Part shown: piece by piece, positions 14,500 through 27,797 of the stretch
How positions within the stretch are numbered: position 1 is the stretch's first letter
How the letters are laid out: each line of letters starts with the position of its first letter
NCBI GenBank assembly: GCA_028534125.1
Contig: CM052816.1
Coordinates: forward strand, 32,366,001 to 32,430,000
Origin: Lama glama
Lineage: Eukaryota
Direction: 5' to 3'
DNA length: 64,000 nt
The notes under the pieces: generated by a model
Databases searched by the model: none
Told to the model about the DNA's origin: nothing
What the model saw: only the letters and a program-made list of their open reading frames with translations
Position numbers and translations under genes: made by a program

Positions 14500-17400
14500 A
14501 ACTCCTCCCTATTTTTCACAAAAACATTCAATCTGCTACCAGTCAGAAGCAATTTTATCTCCTAAATGTCTTTCAGACCTGCCCACTTGCCTCCCTCCTT
14601 GTGGTGACCACCCTGTCACTGGTCCCCTCGATCAGTCTGCATTCTCCTGACTTGTCTGTCTCTGTTCTCACCTCCAGGTGCCACCCCGCAGCCAGAGCGC
14701 TCTCTCTGAAACGTAAATCTGATCACAGTGGGTGAGGCCGGGGGCTTGATGTATCACCAGTCCCCACACCAGTCCTCCAGTCTGCAAGCAGCACCAAGAT
14801 AAGGCATGTGGACACAGGTAGGAGAGGCCCTGCCCAAGAAAGATGGGACTGAGCTGGTGCCCTGGGACCACCTCTCTTTTCTCAGGCTTTCTACCCTCAT
14901 CACCAGGGTGGATGGTAGACAAGGAAAACCAAACCTCACTCCCTTCTAAATTTCACAACCTCTACATCTCTGTGTGCCTTGACTCCTCGGCACCCAGTCT
15001 CACTGTGCCTCCTTCTCTGTTTGTCAGTCACTCCCATATCATGCTCAGTATATTCCTGGTCTGTCCCCCTCTCCCACTGCTACCCAACTCCTGAAACCCT
15101 CCCTTGGTGCCCCCTGGAATCCACAGCCTACTGTCAGCAGAATCCCTGTACTCCAATCTGTTCTCTTAAACTGGATTCACTCTCTTGACCCAGTAAACCT
15201 CAGCTCTGCCCCGAAGGCAGCACCCACTGCAGTCTTGCCAAGTGGTGCTGTGTTTCTGGCCCCCTCTGTTCTCATATCACTGGATGTAGGACATGAGACA
15301 CCCTCCCTGCTCCCCACTGCCACTTTCAGACCACTCTCTCTCCTTCCCCCTAAATCTCCCAGCTTTGAACCTTATCAGAGCACATCACCTGCAGTCCCTG
15401 TGGTGGCTGCCACCCTTGAAGACTCTCCCTCACGTGGTGATGCTGCTACAGTCTCTGTCACTCTCTCTAAACTACTCTCGGGTTAAGTACTGCAAATTGC
15501 AACACATAAAGAAATGGTTCCTCCCACACCCAGACATCTCAGTTCCCGGAACTTCTCTCCTCCAACAAGGCTGTACTTCTCCTTCTCCCAGTCCCTCGCT
15601 CCCGAACTCCTAACTCCAGGGCAGGGTTTCTCAGCTTCAGCACCGCTGATACTTGGGTGGAGGGCCTTCCTGTACCAGTATACAACATTTTGTAAGACGT
15701 TTAGCAGCACACCCCTCCTCTACCCTCTAGAAGCCAGAAGCATCCCTGTTCCACCCAGCACTATGACAACCAAAGTATCTCTAGATGTTGCCAGTATCCC
15801 CAGGGGCGAGAGGTAACTGCCTCCAGTTAGAACCACTGCCCTAGGACTTTCCATTTACAATAACTCAAGACCCTCCCTAATCTCAATGCCTAGCCCCCAC
15901 TTTCTGACCACCACCCTCTTTCCAGCTCCTTCCCTCCAATACTCTACCCTCATCAATCTCTCAACTAAACCAGGTCCTCCACCCACAGATCTGACCACTC
16001 TTTCACTGCCCTCACTCATCTCCTTATTCAGTTCTAACTCCATGTGAATCATTATAATCGCCGCCCCCTCCACCCACTGGGCTCTCTTGCCCTTCTCTCT
16101 CTTTGTACTGTTTTCTTGACAAACCAACTCCCTACTTTCTGTAGGCATGTACCAGTGCCACTGAACGTGGCTGGGGAAAAGCACACCGGGAGGAGGCTTG
16201 CTTTAAATTCAGGACCCTCGACACTACCAGGCTACCACAGGACATCATCGAACCGCACCTCCCATGTCCATTTTCTTTCTAAAATTACTATTTCATATCT
16301 TCCTCTTCCTTCACATCCCAACACGTCCTCCCCAATCTCAGTCTCAGCTGCTCACCATGTGACCCAGTTCCTTTGAAATAAAAAGCAAATGATCGTAAGA
16401 CAACTGCCCACATACCTTAATCTACATTCCCATGTTCCATCTTCCTGTCTGCAAACTGTAGGTGAACTGCCCTGGCTGCCCTCTAAAGCCATTTCTATCC
16501 CTTCATGTACACAGTGGCTGTCACACCCCATCATCTAGTCAAGCAGTATCATTCCAGCAATTCTCTCTCTCCAACATCAAGTTTTTACCATGTATTGGAT
16601 CATTCTCATCAGGATATCAATGTGCTATTATTTCCTCCAAATCCCAAGGCAAAACAAAACACACCTCCTCCTGGCCCACTGCCCACCAGCTATCTTCCTA
16701 TGTGTTCCTCTTTGTGCCAAGACTCCTCAGAAGGGTTCTCCACACTTACTAGTTCCAATTCCACTCCTCTTATTACCTCCTTTTCTTCTAGTTAATATGC
16801 ATCAATTTAGGTGTTCATTCTCCTATTAATGAACTTCTGTGTTATATATTTTTTACTTTCCCATAAGCATTGCAATGAATATACATGTCCCCTGTGATTC
16901 TCTAGGGTACACAGACCTACGAGGGGAGTTGCTGGGTTAAATCAATGACCTCCTACATTCCTAAATCTAACAGTCAGTTCTCAGTCCTTATCTGATTTGA
17001 CATATCAGCATCACGGGACACTTACTTAACACATGTATTTTACTTGGCAAAGGTGAGGGCAATTTAGTATTTCTCTACCTTCTTAGTGGTTCTTTCTTAG
17101 CCTCCTTTCTGGTTCTTCCTCTTCTGTTCTTATTGACACTCATACTCCTAGTGGTCTCATACCACCTCGTGGCTTCGAATACCAGGGCATGTCAACGATT
17201 CGCAAATTTAAGTACTCTGCCCAGACTTTGGTCCTGAACGCCAGGCTCACGCAGCCCACTTATTCAATGTCCCCACTTAGATGTCTAACAGACATCTCAG
17301 ACTCAGCAGGTTAAAAACGGGGCTGCGGACCTCCCCCCAAGCCTGCTCTACTCACAGCCCTCCCCACCTCCCTTGACGACATCTCCACGCTTCCTGCCTT

Positions 17401-17555
17401 TCATGCCAAACACCTTGAAATCACCAGGACGCCTCTCTCTCATACCTCCCCACATCCACAAAACCATGTAGCTGAATCCAGACTCCAACAGCTTCTCAGT
17501 ACTTGGAATATTGCTACTCTGGTCCCAGCCACTATCATCTCTCACCTGGATTTTT
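14500..17555 (+). mobile_element. Long fragmented L2 element
   Basis: Extended pyrimidine-rich L2 motifs (aatcaatgacctcctacattcctaaatctaacagtcag; ccacttagatgtctaacagacatctcagactc). Confidence 0.7.
15622..15838. mobile_element. MER20 (hAT-Charlie) inside L2
   Basis: cagggtttctcagcttcagcac ... gacaaccaaagtatctctagatgttgcca ... gttagaaccactg; imperfect 8-bp flanks ctccaggg / ccctagga. Confidence 0.85.
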
Positions 17556-17599
17556 TTTTTTAAATAAGCATTAGCCGTTGAATGGGTGAACAAGTAACA

Positions 17600-18120
17600 A
17601 TCTTGGCACTCAGGGAAAATCAACCATTTGATCCAAACTTTTAAAAAATTTAAACCCCTAGTAATAAACACATTCTTAAAACCAAGAGTTGACATATAAA
17701 TGGTAAAACAATAGTGGTATTTCCATTAAAATCAAAAACCAATCAAAGATGTCTGATATTGCAATATCACTTAACAGTCTTCTGGATGTTCTGACCAACA
17801 CTATAAAGTATGAAACTTTATTAAATAACAGAAACAAGGGAATAAACTACTTTTATTTGTGAGTGATACAACTATATACCTACAAAAATTTATAAGACTC
17901 AAATTAAGAACTCTTGGCTAGAATACAAGAATTCAACAAAATGGCCAGATTTGAGATAAATGTAAAATTCCATAGCTTTCACCTCTACCACCAAAATTAA
18001 AAAAAAGTTATTAGATATAATAAGAGGAAAAAATTATCTGTAATAAATAGAAAAAGAGTAAAATATATTACCAAACACCATACAGGCACACATAAATAAA
18101 TATAATAAAAGGAGAAATGC
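17600..18120 (+). mobile_element. Old L1 ORF2 fragment
   Basis: tttccattaaaatcaaaaaccaatcaaagatgtc ... ctggatgttctgaccaacac resembles the L1 RT region. Confidence 0.65.
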
Positions 18121-18171
18121 CTAAGATATGTTATAAAGTATAAAAACTGTGTACAAAACCACATAGGGGAA

Positions 18172-18286
18172 GACATACATATGTGTGTATATATGTATGT
18201 ATGTATGAGTATATATGTATGTCTGTATGTGTGTACATATGTATATATGTATGTATGTGTGTATATATATCTACACATATATTCAC

Positions 18287-18339
<53 letters not shown>
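18172..18339. repeat. Compound (TA/TG)n-(CA)n-(TA)n microsatellite
   Basis: Seen directly. Confidence 0.95.
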
Positions 18340-19341
18340 ATGTTCAGTCTAACAAGGCAAAATCTGAAAGGGACTGTACCAAAATAACAATCATAATCAT
18401 TACCTCTGAATTTTAAATTAATAGATAATTTAAACTTTCTTCTTTATAGTGTAATTTGCAGATTTCTACAATCATAATGTAAGATCTTTATTTAAACCAC
18501 AGTACCTATTTTGAAGCTTAAGTAATGCATAAAAATATTTATAATAATTAGCTTCTGAATCTGTCAGAAGGGTAAGGAAGATGAGCTTGTTATTTGTGGA
18601 TGCAAAGAAATGCATGACCAGATAATCAGTACATGCTAGTACATCATTAGTACTTATTAAGATATGTCAATGTATTATATTAGACACAGTTAATATTAAA
18701 AAGCAGAACTGGACAGTATTAGTGGCACAGTGTGACACCAGGGAAATCTTTTATCTGTAGGACACTGCTGCTCTTTTGAGAACTAATCTCTGAATTCAGC
18801 CCTAACAGCACTGAACATACAGAGATAAGTCTCTCTCACTGGACCAGCTGACCAGAAAACCCACAGAATAAGTATTTCAATCATTTTGCAAGCTGACTGT
18901 GATTACTGTTCCAGGTGATGGAATTCAGGGGGCTTTTTTTTTTTAATTTAATCTATGATTACAGTTAGGCCTCCATCATAATCAACTTAATTCTACCATT
19001 ATGTAAATCACCACCTCACAAAGAGGTACCCTGGTGGAGAAAGAAGAAAGACTTGCAAAGCCAAAATACTCAGGAAATGGAGTGCTTTGGTTAAATTAAT
19101 GTGCTGTTTAATAAACTAAAATTAAAAACCCCTTTGATTCGAGCCTGAGTTATACGTGACCTGCTTTGCCACCTCACTCAAGATTACTGCCACTAAGTTT
19201 AACTGAGACCTAGAAGCAAGGAGTATTACAGGCTGCACCCAAACAAACACCCACTCCTTCTCAGAGATGCAGTGGCAAAGGGACTGAGCTGTGTGTGGAG
19301 GAAACCAGGTCACACCATGGAGGCTGCCATTTAAAGAAAAT

Positions 19342-20338
19342 CACACACATGTAAATCAATGAAGTTAGAACACTCCCTCACATGATACACAAAAATAAAT
19401 GGCTTAAAGACTTAAACATAATACAAGACATGACAAATCTTCTAGGAAAGAACATAGGCAAAATACTGTCTGACATAAACTGTAGCAGTATTTTCTTAGG
19501 TCAGTCTCCCTAGGCAACAGAAATAAAAGCAAAAGTAAATAAATGGGATCTAACCAAACTGAAGAGCTTTTGCACAGCAAAGGAAAACATCAACAAGGTG
19601 GAAAGACAACCTATGGAATCAGAGAACATATTTGCAAATGATATGAGAAACAAGAGATTAATTTCCAAAATATACAAACAGCTCATACAACTCAATAACT
19701 AAAAAAACCAAACAACCCAATCAAAAAATGGGCAGAAGACCTAAAGAGACATTTCTCCAAGGAAAACATACAGATGACCAACAGGCACATGAAGAGATGC
19801 TCAACATTGCTAATTATTAGAGGAATACAAATCAAAACCACAATGAAGTATCACCCCACACCAGTCAGAATTGCCATCATTAAAAAGTCTACAAATAACA
19901 AATGATGAGGAGGGTGTGGAGAAAAGGGAATCCTCCTACACTGTTAGTGGGAATGTAAATTGGTGCAGCCACTATGGAAAACAGTATGAAGGTTCCTTAA
20001 AAAACTAAAAATAGAGTTACCATATGATCCAGCAATTCCACTCTTGGACATATATCCAGGCAAAACCGTAATTTAAAAAGATACATGCACCCCAGTATTC
20101 ACAGCAGCACTACTTACAATAGCCAAGACATGGAAGCAACCTAAGTGTCCACTGATAGATGACTGGATAAAGAAGATGTGGTATATACATATACAATGGA
20201 ATACTACTCAGCCATAAAAAGAATGAAATGATGCCATTTGCAGCAACATGGATGGACCTAGAGATATCATACTAGACGAAGTCAGAAAGACAAATGCCAT
20301 ATAATATTACTCATATGTGGAATCTAATAAATAAATAT

Positions 20339-20369
<31 letters not shown>

Positions 20370-20740
20370 AAATATGATACAAATGAACTTATTTACAAAA
20401 CAGAAATAGACTCATGGTCATAGAAACAAACTTATGGTTACCAAAGGGGAAAGAGTGTGGGGAAGGGATAAATTAGGAGTCTGGGATTTACAGATGCAAA
20501 CTGCTATATATGAAACAGATAAACAACAAGGTCCTTCTGTATAGCACAGGGAACCGTATTCGAAAGCCTGTAATAACCCACAATGGAAAAGAATATGAAA
20601 GAGGATCGATCTATCTATCTATCGATCTATCTATCTATCGATCAATCTATCTATCTGTCTAACTAACTAAATCAGTACGCTGTACACCAGAAATTAACAC
20701 ATTATAAATCAACTATATTTCAATTAAAAAAAGAAAAAAA
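19342..20740 (+). mobile_element. 5'-truncated, relatively young cetartiodactyl-type L1 (ORF2 C-terminus, 3' UTR, poly(A))
   Basis: gggaatgtaaattggtgcagccactatggaaaacag; aaatgaacttatttacaaaacagaaatagactc; A tail; internal (CA)n and (ATCT)n. Confidence 0.92.
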
Positions 20741-21237
20741 TAACAATTCCATCAATGTTGTCATTGTTTTTGCCTAATAATGAAGAAATGCAGGAAATTC
20801 AAATTAATTGAAACCTCACCAGATATTCAACTTAAGGCAAAGGAAGGCATTTTAAGGCACTGTAACAATAATGTAAAAGGAGTTCACCAAAGGACTTCAT
20901 TCACAAAAATAGCCTAGATCTAAGAGGAAAAATGAGTTTGAATAATAGTAATGCTTCCATGAAAGGTCTTATTATTTTATTACCATATTCTTATTAAAAA
21001 CTTGAAATGTTATTTTCAGTGTATTAAACAGCTCTTACTCCTTACATTAAGTCATGCGAAACCAGCGTCAGGATGGGAAGAAAACTGTGTAACACTGCTA
21101 TTTAATGAGCTATTTTACTTCTGGATGATTTTAAGTCAAACTTTTATTAGCACATCTTTTAAGACTGATGTATCTAATCAGGAGTTGAAGAAAACTGGAT
21201 TTTCTTCAAACTAGACTGTTAAGAACTACTATGAGGT

Positions 21238-21291
21238 TTTTAGACTATCATTCTTTTAAAACTCTTTTAGACTATCATTCTTTTAAAACTC
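21238..21291. repeat. Perfect 27-bp tandem duplication
   Basis: ttttagactatcattcttttaaaactc x2. Confidence 0.95.
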
Positions 21292-21581
21292 CTTACAAGT
21301 TAAAACTCATTTCAAAATCCAATTTTACTGCATCAGTACTTGGCAGCATGTCACACAGTTCCGGGAGTTCGTATTTTTCTAGAAGGACAAGTAGTAGTAT
21401 CAGGTTTTCTGACCTGGCAGTCCACCACCACAGTAGATCAGTTCTCTGATCATGCGACAGGTATTTGCTGAGCCCCCGTGACATGCGAGGCACTACGCCA
21501 GAGACCATGTTCCAACAGCAGTTGCAGCCATTCTTTTTCCCTGACTCTCAGCTTGTGGATGCATCAGGAGATTTCCTTTAC

Positions 21582-21638
21582 CTTGTCTTTCACAAGTATC
21601 TCTTTACAAAGCCAGTTCAATTCACTGAAGTTTTTGTT
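21582..21638 (-). other. Candidate in-frame cassette exon (57 nt, NKNFSELNWLCKEILVKDK) in intron 9
   Basis: tactaactttatgcag|AAC...AAG|gtaaag; phase 0/0 like the host intron; no stop codon; no transcript evidence. Confidence 0.3.
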
Positions 21639-22379
21639 CTGCATAAAGTTAGTATCAAAGAGACAGAAGGGTGAATTCTCCTACATCATATTTTCACCCA
21701 GGTATCCCATAAATGTGGATTATAGTAATAGCACTTCAAGGGAGCATTATTTTCACAGGGAGATTAAAAGAAACTTTCACATCCTTGCCTTCTTTTGCCC
21801 AGTTTCCTAAAAGCTACCTGTCAAGGCATGAGAGCAGCCCGAGGCTCTGGCAGATCTTGTGCCCGCTACCCAAACAGACCTGGAGGTCACTGCCAAGCTA
21901 CAGAGCAATGGTCAGCATTTTTTCACCCTTGGCTTACAGTCCCCCTTGAAAGCATCCAGAAGTGTGACTTCCTACAGGTAGATCAATTTACCTCAGGACA
22001 AAATTAGGACACATTGTATCTTGAATGCAGGCTGTGCCCTTCTGATTATGTGACTCCTACCTTCACAGACTACACTGAAGGGCGAATTGCCCTAATAGTG
22101 ATAACCACCTCCTAGTCTCTCCTGTGCCCTACAGACACTTGTCTTTGTACTTCGCTAAAACTGAAATGACATTTCTCCATTACCAGTTCACTCATTTCTA
22201 CTCACATCTTCCCCTTCCCTACCTGGAGAAGAGGGAGTGCACACAAGTTAGTTAACCTGGTTCCTTGTGCCTACAGCTGAGGACAACATGGCAGCTTTAC
22301 TTCACTGTGTCTTATAAGTGACTGATGAGCAGACAAGACTTCCTGTCTTGGGTAAACTAAGCACTAAACACAAACTTAC

Positions 22380-22443
22380 ATCTTTTCCCAGTACTCTGAG
22401 TTCAAACTGTGTCTCCTTGAAGTGAACTTTCGTAATCCGAGGC
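22380..22443 (-). CDS. EPB41L4A: EPB41L4A exon ~9 (64 nt): (W)[21 protein letters not shown]
   Basis: tttttcag|G CCT...GAT|gtaagt. Confidence 0.95.
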
Positions 22444-23051
22444 CTGAAAAACAAAGCAGATGGTGGCGGTACTGCTGTTAAGAATTAATCAGAAATTCAG
22501 AGAAGTATCCAGTGGAAGGACTGGTTCATACTGGTTCTTTCATGGACTGCTACTGTGACTGCGGAGTTTCCTGTACATCCTTTGCTCTGGACACCTTTCT
22601 GAACAAAACTGCATTCTCACTCCCCTGGCTTCTCCTGTAAATGTAGACAGGTTTGGAATCCCCAGGCCCTGCCAGTGCTGTCTTCCCAGACACAGTGTAG
22701 TGCTATCGGCTCCCCATTCTCTCTCAGATCTCTCCCTATTTAGAAGTAGAACTCAAAGTAGTCCTGGGCCCACAGCCCACCAGCGCACACTGGAATGACT
22801 AGGAAATCCTACTACACACAGCTTCCACGGACAAGAGTCCAGAATCATAGTGCCTGAAATGTACAGAGAAAATATACATGGAGAGATGCGCTGGAATAAA
22901 ACTTATTCCCAATTTCACTCGTTTACTTTACAACCACTGGAAATGTACTGATTTTCTTTTCCCCAACACTTTCAAAGACACACAAGTCCCATAAGCCCAA
23001 TATATCCAGTGTATAGCTTTAATACCAACTCTGCCCTCAAGTTAAACTTAC

Positions 23052-23140
23052 CAGAAATACTTCCCCACTTGCTTTTTATTCTTGTAGACAACAACACCAA
23101 CCGGAGTTAATCCTAAGAAATACTCAGATTTGTTTTCTCC
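23052..23140 (-). CDS. EPB41L4A: EPB41L4A exon ~8 (89 nt): [29 protein letters not shown](W), FERM F3 lobe
   Basis: ttttgcag|GGA...TTC TG|gtaagt. Confidence 0.95.
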
Positions 23141-23434
23141 CTGCAAAACAAACATATGCCTATAACCATGAATTTATTCATGAAAAAACTCTTTCCCAAA
23201 CTGGAACTGGCCATACAAATGTAATCTGTTGCATTAATATTGGATCTAGTTTTTAAAGGACATCAGCTTAGAGCTAGCTAAGCTACCCTTGTAGCTAACT
23301 TGCTGCTCATTTTTTTTAGGTTTTTAAGAAAATTTTTCTTAGTGCATTCTAATTTGTCACCTCAGTTCATTAAAAGAAACTGGACTGCCTACCCATCGGG
23401 TCACTGACTGATTCACCCCATGCTGCTTCTACAA

Positions 23435-23609
23435 AGGCGTTCAACTCTGGCTGCACATTTACTAGAATCACTTACTCAGCTTAAAATGCTGATGCCTGGG
23501 TGCTATCAAACTGGTTAAACAAGAATCTGAAATGGAGAGGCCCAGGTATCAAAAACGCATAAATGCTCCTGGTGATTCTTCTGTGCAGCCAAGAACTGAC
23601 AACCACTGG
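23435..23609. mobile_element. MER5-family hAT MITE
   Basis: ttcaactctggctgcaca..tagaatcac ... ggtgattcttctgtgcagccaag..gacaaccactg. Confidence 0.75.
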
Positions 23610-25389
23610 CTGCTCTCAAGGGTCCCTTCCAAGGGCTCATCTTGATCTCACTCTCTGATCCGGACAATCATGAGGCCTGGGTCAACACCACCCGCCCCAG
23701 AAAGCTCAGACAGCCACCTGCAGACATACACTTAGATTTTCTGAGGTCCCCAGCATGCTCCTTCCTACTTTCATTTGTGACTTTAAGACTGCTCAAAAAT
23801 TTAAAAATACAATCTCTTCTGGTAAAGACTGGAGACCCTTAATTTCCAGGCAATAATAAATCCCAAATAAGAAAATGGGATTCTGAAATGAAAAGGTCAC
23901 AAAAGAATGGGTACCGAGGACATGCAGAGAACATGCAGAGAAGTGTTTGTATTAATCTTATTTCTACTCTAAGGTCAAACAACAATCTGCAAAGTCATAT
24001 TCCCAAGGAATGTAAGATAACAAATGTGCTTTGAGAAAAAATCAGCTGTTGCTCACTTTCAGTTCTAAAAATTTGATTTTAAATGAATGTATGGTAGAGG
24101 TTCTAATGGAGTGGGTTCGTTTGCCATAAATTTCCATTGCCCACAAAAAAAAGTATTTTCAAATTAGGATAAACATTACACAAATGCCAGAACATTCTGC
24201 AGAAGATTCTCTCTTTATACATTTCCTATAAAATATATTTTTTAAAAAACTGAAAACCTAACAAGATTAATGTGGATAGAAGAGAAAAAAGATAACTATC
24301 CCATGAAGTTTTAGAAGTATTTTTAAAGGATAGTAGTATGGAATATTTAATGGTTTAATGAAATTAGAATCTAATTTATCAAGAAACTACCACCTCTCCC
24401 AAATATGTAACTTTTATTTCCATATTAACAGTACACCCAGGGATGCTTCTAATTCTTTACAATATGAGATGATTTCTTATTTTAGGAAACTCTGATGAGC
24501 AAAAGACATATTACAAAGTGAATGTATAAATGAGTTACTCGCATTACAGGAGGTTTTGTCAGGTTCCTTAAAAAATTAGATCCATAATCCAATTGACAAA
24601 CTCAGTGTACATGTAATCTTTAGTGATTAATTTCATGTAAAGAATAAGGCACCTGGTTCATTTTCTCAAATCATCACATTTGTCTACTGATAACTAAACT
24701 TTCATAAAATGAAAGGCAATGACAGTCCAATCTCCCTGGCATAGAATAAACCAATTGGTAACCTTAGAGAAGTGGCTCAAAGTTTAAGACCTGGATCTAG
24801 AACACTCAGTGCAGATTCAGTGTAATTGCTCACTGACTGCATTCAAGTAAGCTTTCATCAGCCACTGAAGAAAAGCTGCAAAACTGTTCCTAGGTAAGCG
24901 GTACAATAACTATATTAGGCAATAACCCTAAAATTGACAGAACCTGAACATCCAACATAGAACCACCAATAGTTACACATATTCTGTTGCCTAAAGCCTA
25001 CTTTACCAGGCAGGTGATTTTATAAGTGATTTTCAGCCATAAAATCTATTTTTGGAAAATCCTCTTGTTTTCTGTCTAATATAATCAATTACAGACCAAT
25101 TTAAAACTGTTTTGACATCTAGCTAAGCCCTCTGGAGCTGTTATCCAGATTGTGTTTTCAAGCCCAGTTAATTGTTTTCTACATCGGGAAATATAATCAC
25201 AGACTTCTATGCAAAACTCATTAGGGTTTAATCCACGCAAGAGATTCCTTGTGTTCAAAAAACACACATGAAAAAGTATCATCTGCTTGCTAAACAACAA
25301 GACTGCTGCTTTCCTTTGGGAGTTTCAGTGACTTTTTAAGAAAAATGTCATCAGCTTAAAATATTTTGTGTTAATTAAATGTTACTCAC

Positions 25390-25477
25390 ATAGACGGGAT
25401 GGAGGTCAACACCATACATCTCCAGGGATTTGGCAGTCCTCAAGTAATTCAGTTCTGCTTCGGAAGGAGCCTGACCC
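25390..25477 (-). CDS. EPB41L4A: EPB41L4A exon ~7 (88 nt): [29 protein letters not shown]
   Basis: gtgcag|G GGT...TAT|gtgagt; LEMYGVD motif. Confidence 0.95.
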
Positions 25478-26207
25478 CTGCACCCAGCACAAAAACAAAG
25501 AGCCTTACTTACTGATAGCTACTGCACTCACAGGGAATGTAAACCATTTTCACTGGAAAAATAAATAATCCTTTGTGCCAATGCAAACATAAGCCTTTGC
25601 ATTTCTAGAAGGCCAATGCCTTCATGGTAATAAAATCTTACACTCTGAAGTGATACTTGTGTTAGTTAATTCCATATACCAAATCTATTTTTGCTCATTA
25701 TGGCCAATCCCAATGGCCCAACATGTATTATAAAGTCTCAGTTTCAGAAACTCCCAAAGAGATTACTGAGTACATAAGCCCTCAAATTAAAAAGCATGCT
25801 CTTTACAAAGAGTGAAGTGTCTCCATGCACCAGCAGCTCCTCACTGGGAGGGAAAGAAGGGCAGCAGGGGTGGGAAGGAGAGAGAGGGCTCCCTACCACC
25901 CAACAGGGGCACCTCAGCGTCTCCTGAGTACACATGTAGTTATTTAGAAACTGCAAAACTATTTGTCATTTTCTTAAAGATCTCCCCCAAATCTTCACTA
26001 GTGATAATAAACAGAAAATAGCACTCATTCCTAACGAAGGTAAGCATGTGCCAGGAATCCCCACGGATAAGTGGTCCTCTGCATGCATGGGTGGGGGGGG
26101 TGACAGAGAGAGAGGGAGACAGAGATTTTTAGTGGTTAACAAAAGGAATTATGAATTTTTAAAAATTAAGAAATCCTGCTGCAATACAATCCCATGTTTC
26201 AACCACA

Positions 26208-26267
26208 GTACTCTGGAAAACTCAGCACTATAATACTTTCGAAATTTATGAAGATTGTTCACCACAA
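26208..26267 (+). repeat. 60-bp segment with a second copy at 27508-27567
   Basis: 58/60 identical, offset 1,300 bp. Confidence 0.95.
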
Positions 26268-27459
26268 ATTAGACACAAGAAAGGTACCAAACCTTGATCA
26301 AGCTTTATTCTCTTAGAAATAAGAGTCACGCTGTCAGCACCATTACATAAAACATATAAGGCCCTTTACCCAAAGCTCTTTGATAATTTCAAAACATCAT
26401 TGTACTCTGAAACTCCTAGGAGAATTAGTATTCTCATAAAGTGTCAAACACGCTGCCCTTCATAATATGGTAACAGGCACCCTCTTTGCACCCACTTCAG
26501 TGAAACCTTAAAATGAAAGACTCTATAAACAGGCTAGAGAGCGTTCTGGGGCATGCTAATACAAGGTGGAAGGCCTGGTTTCTCTGATTACAATTCAGCA
26601 ACTGACTTCTCCTGCTACTCACTGAAACAGATCCTTTAGGCAAACATTTTTTGTTGATCAGATTAATTCTACATTTTTTCCCCTTAACTATAATAGATCT
26701 GAAATCAAGCAAATTCAAGGGGGAATGTTACATAAGAGGCAATAAAGCAAAGTTAATCAGTATAGAGAATTTAACCAAAATAACTATAATTAAATTATAA
26801 CTTCAATGCTGCGGGCCATTAATTGAAAATCCTACTAGGGGAGCATGTATATTTCTCAGAAGTGCATGTGGTATTAACATAATACCCTTTGAGGCTCCAC
26901 ACTGGTGTCATGACTTCCAGATTCTTTGCTGGAGACTGAATAGGGCTTTGCTCGTAACTGTGAAGAATTTACATACCTAACATGGAACAAATGCAGAATA
27001 CATTGAGGCTTGTGTGATTATACAATATATTTATAGTTAACAAAATAAATATCACAAGGTACTGGTGACTGTAAAAAACAGAAGACTGCAGAAAACAGTA
27101 GATACAGAATGATTTCATTTATGTAAAATCATATATACATAAATCTATACAAAACAATACAAAATAAATTTTCTCTATGGGAAATTACGCACAGGGAGAG
27201 GTCTGAAAGGCCGTCAACTAAAAATATGTTGACTTCAGGTATTGGGATTCACTCATTCCTTTATGCTTCTTAAATTGTTTGGGTTTTCTATGAGCATTTT
27301 AGTGTTATCAGCAAAAAAAAAAAAAAAAAAAAACCCAAAAACTTTAAAAAGAGAAAGTTTTCAAGGCACCAGTGAAGACTTTATTAAGAAATGTTTCTTA
27401 AGTCTGCCAATAACATAAGATGATGTTTGATGGGTGAAGTAACATAAAATGGGATTCTT

Positions 27460-27797
27460 TTTTTCCAGCTTTATTAAAGTATAATTGACATATAACACTA
27501 TGTAATGGTACTCTAGAAAACTCAGCACTATAATACTTTCGAAATCTATGAAGATTGTTCACCACAACATTCAAGTAAGTGGATGGAACTTGAGGGCATA
27601 ATGCTAAGTGAAGTACTGTATAATATCACCTGTATGTAGAATCTAAAAAAAGCCGACCTCATAAAAACAGAGACTAGAATGGTGGTTACCAGGGACCAGG
27701 AGGCTGGGAAATGGAGAAACGCTGGTCAAAGAGCATAATCTTCGAGTTATAAGATGAAGTTCTGGGGCTCTAACATGCAACAGGTTGATTATTGTTA
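27460..27797 (-). mobile_element. Short 5'-inverted L1 with a filler copy at the inversion junction
   Basis: Minus-strand L1 terminus and tail 27460-27506; plus-strand L1 3' UTR ~27575-27797; TSD ataaaatgggattctt / ataaaatgtgatcctt. Confidence 0.85.

Noticed and set aside
17997..18416. Overlapping C/V/Y/H/T-rich ORFs
   Set aside because: Translations of dinucleotide microsatellites.
21293..21508. 71-aa minus-strand ORF as an alternative terminal exon
   Set aside because: Partly resembles an L2 3' tail remnant; no convincing in-frame acceptor.
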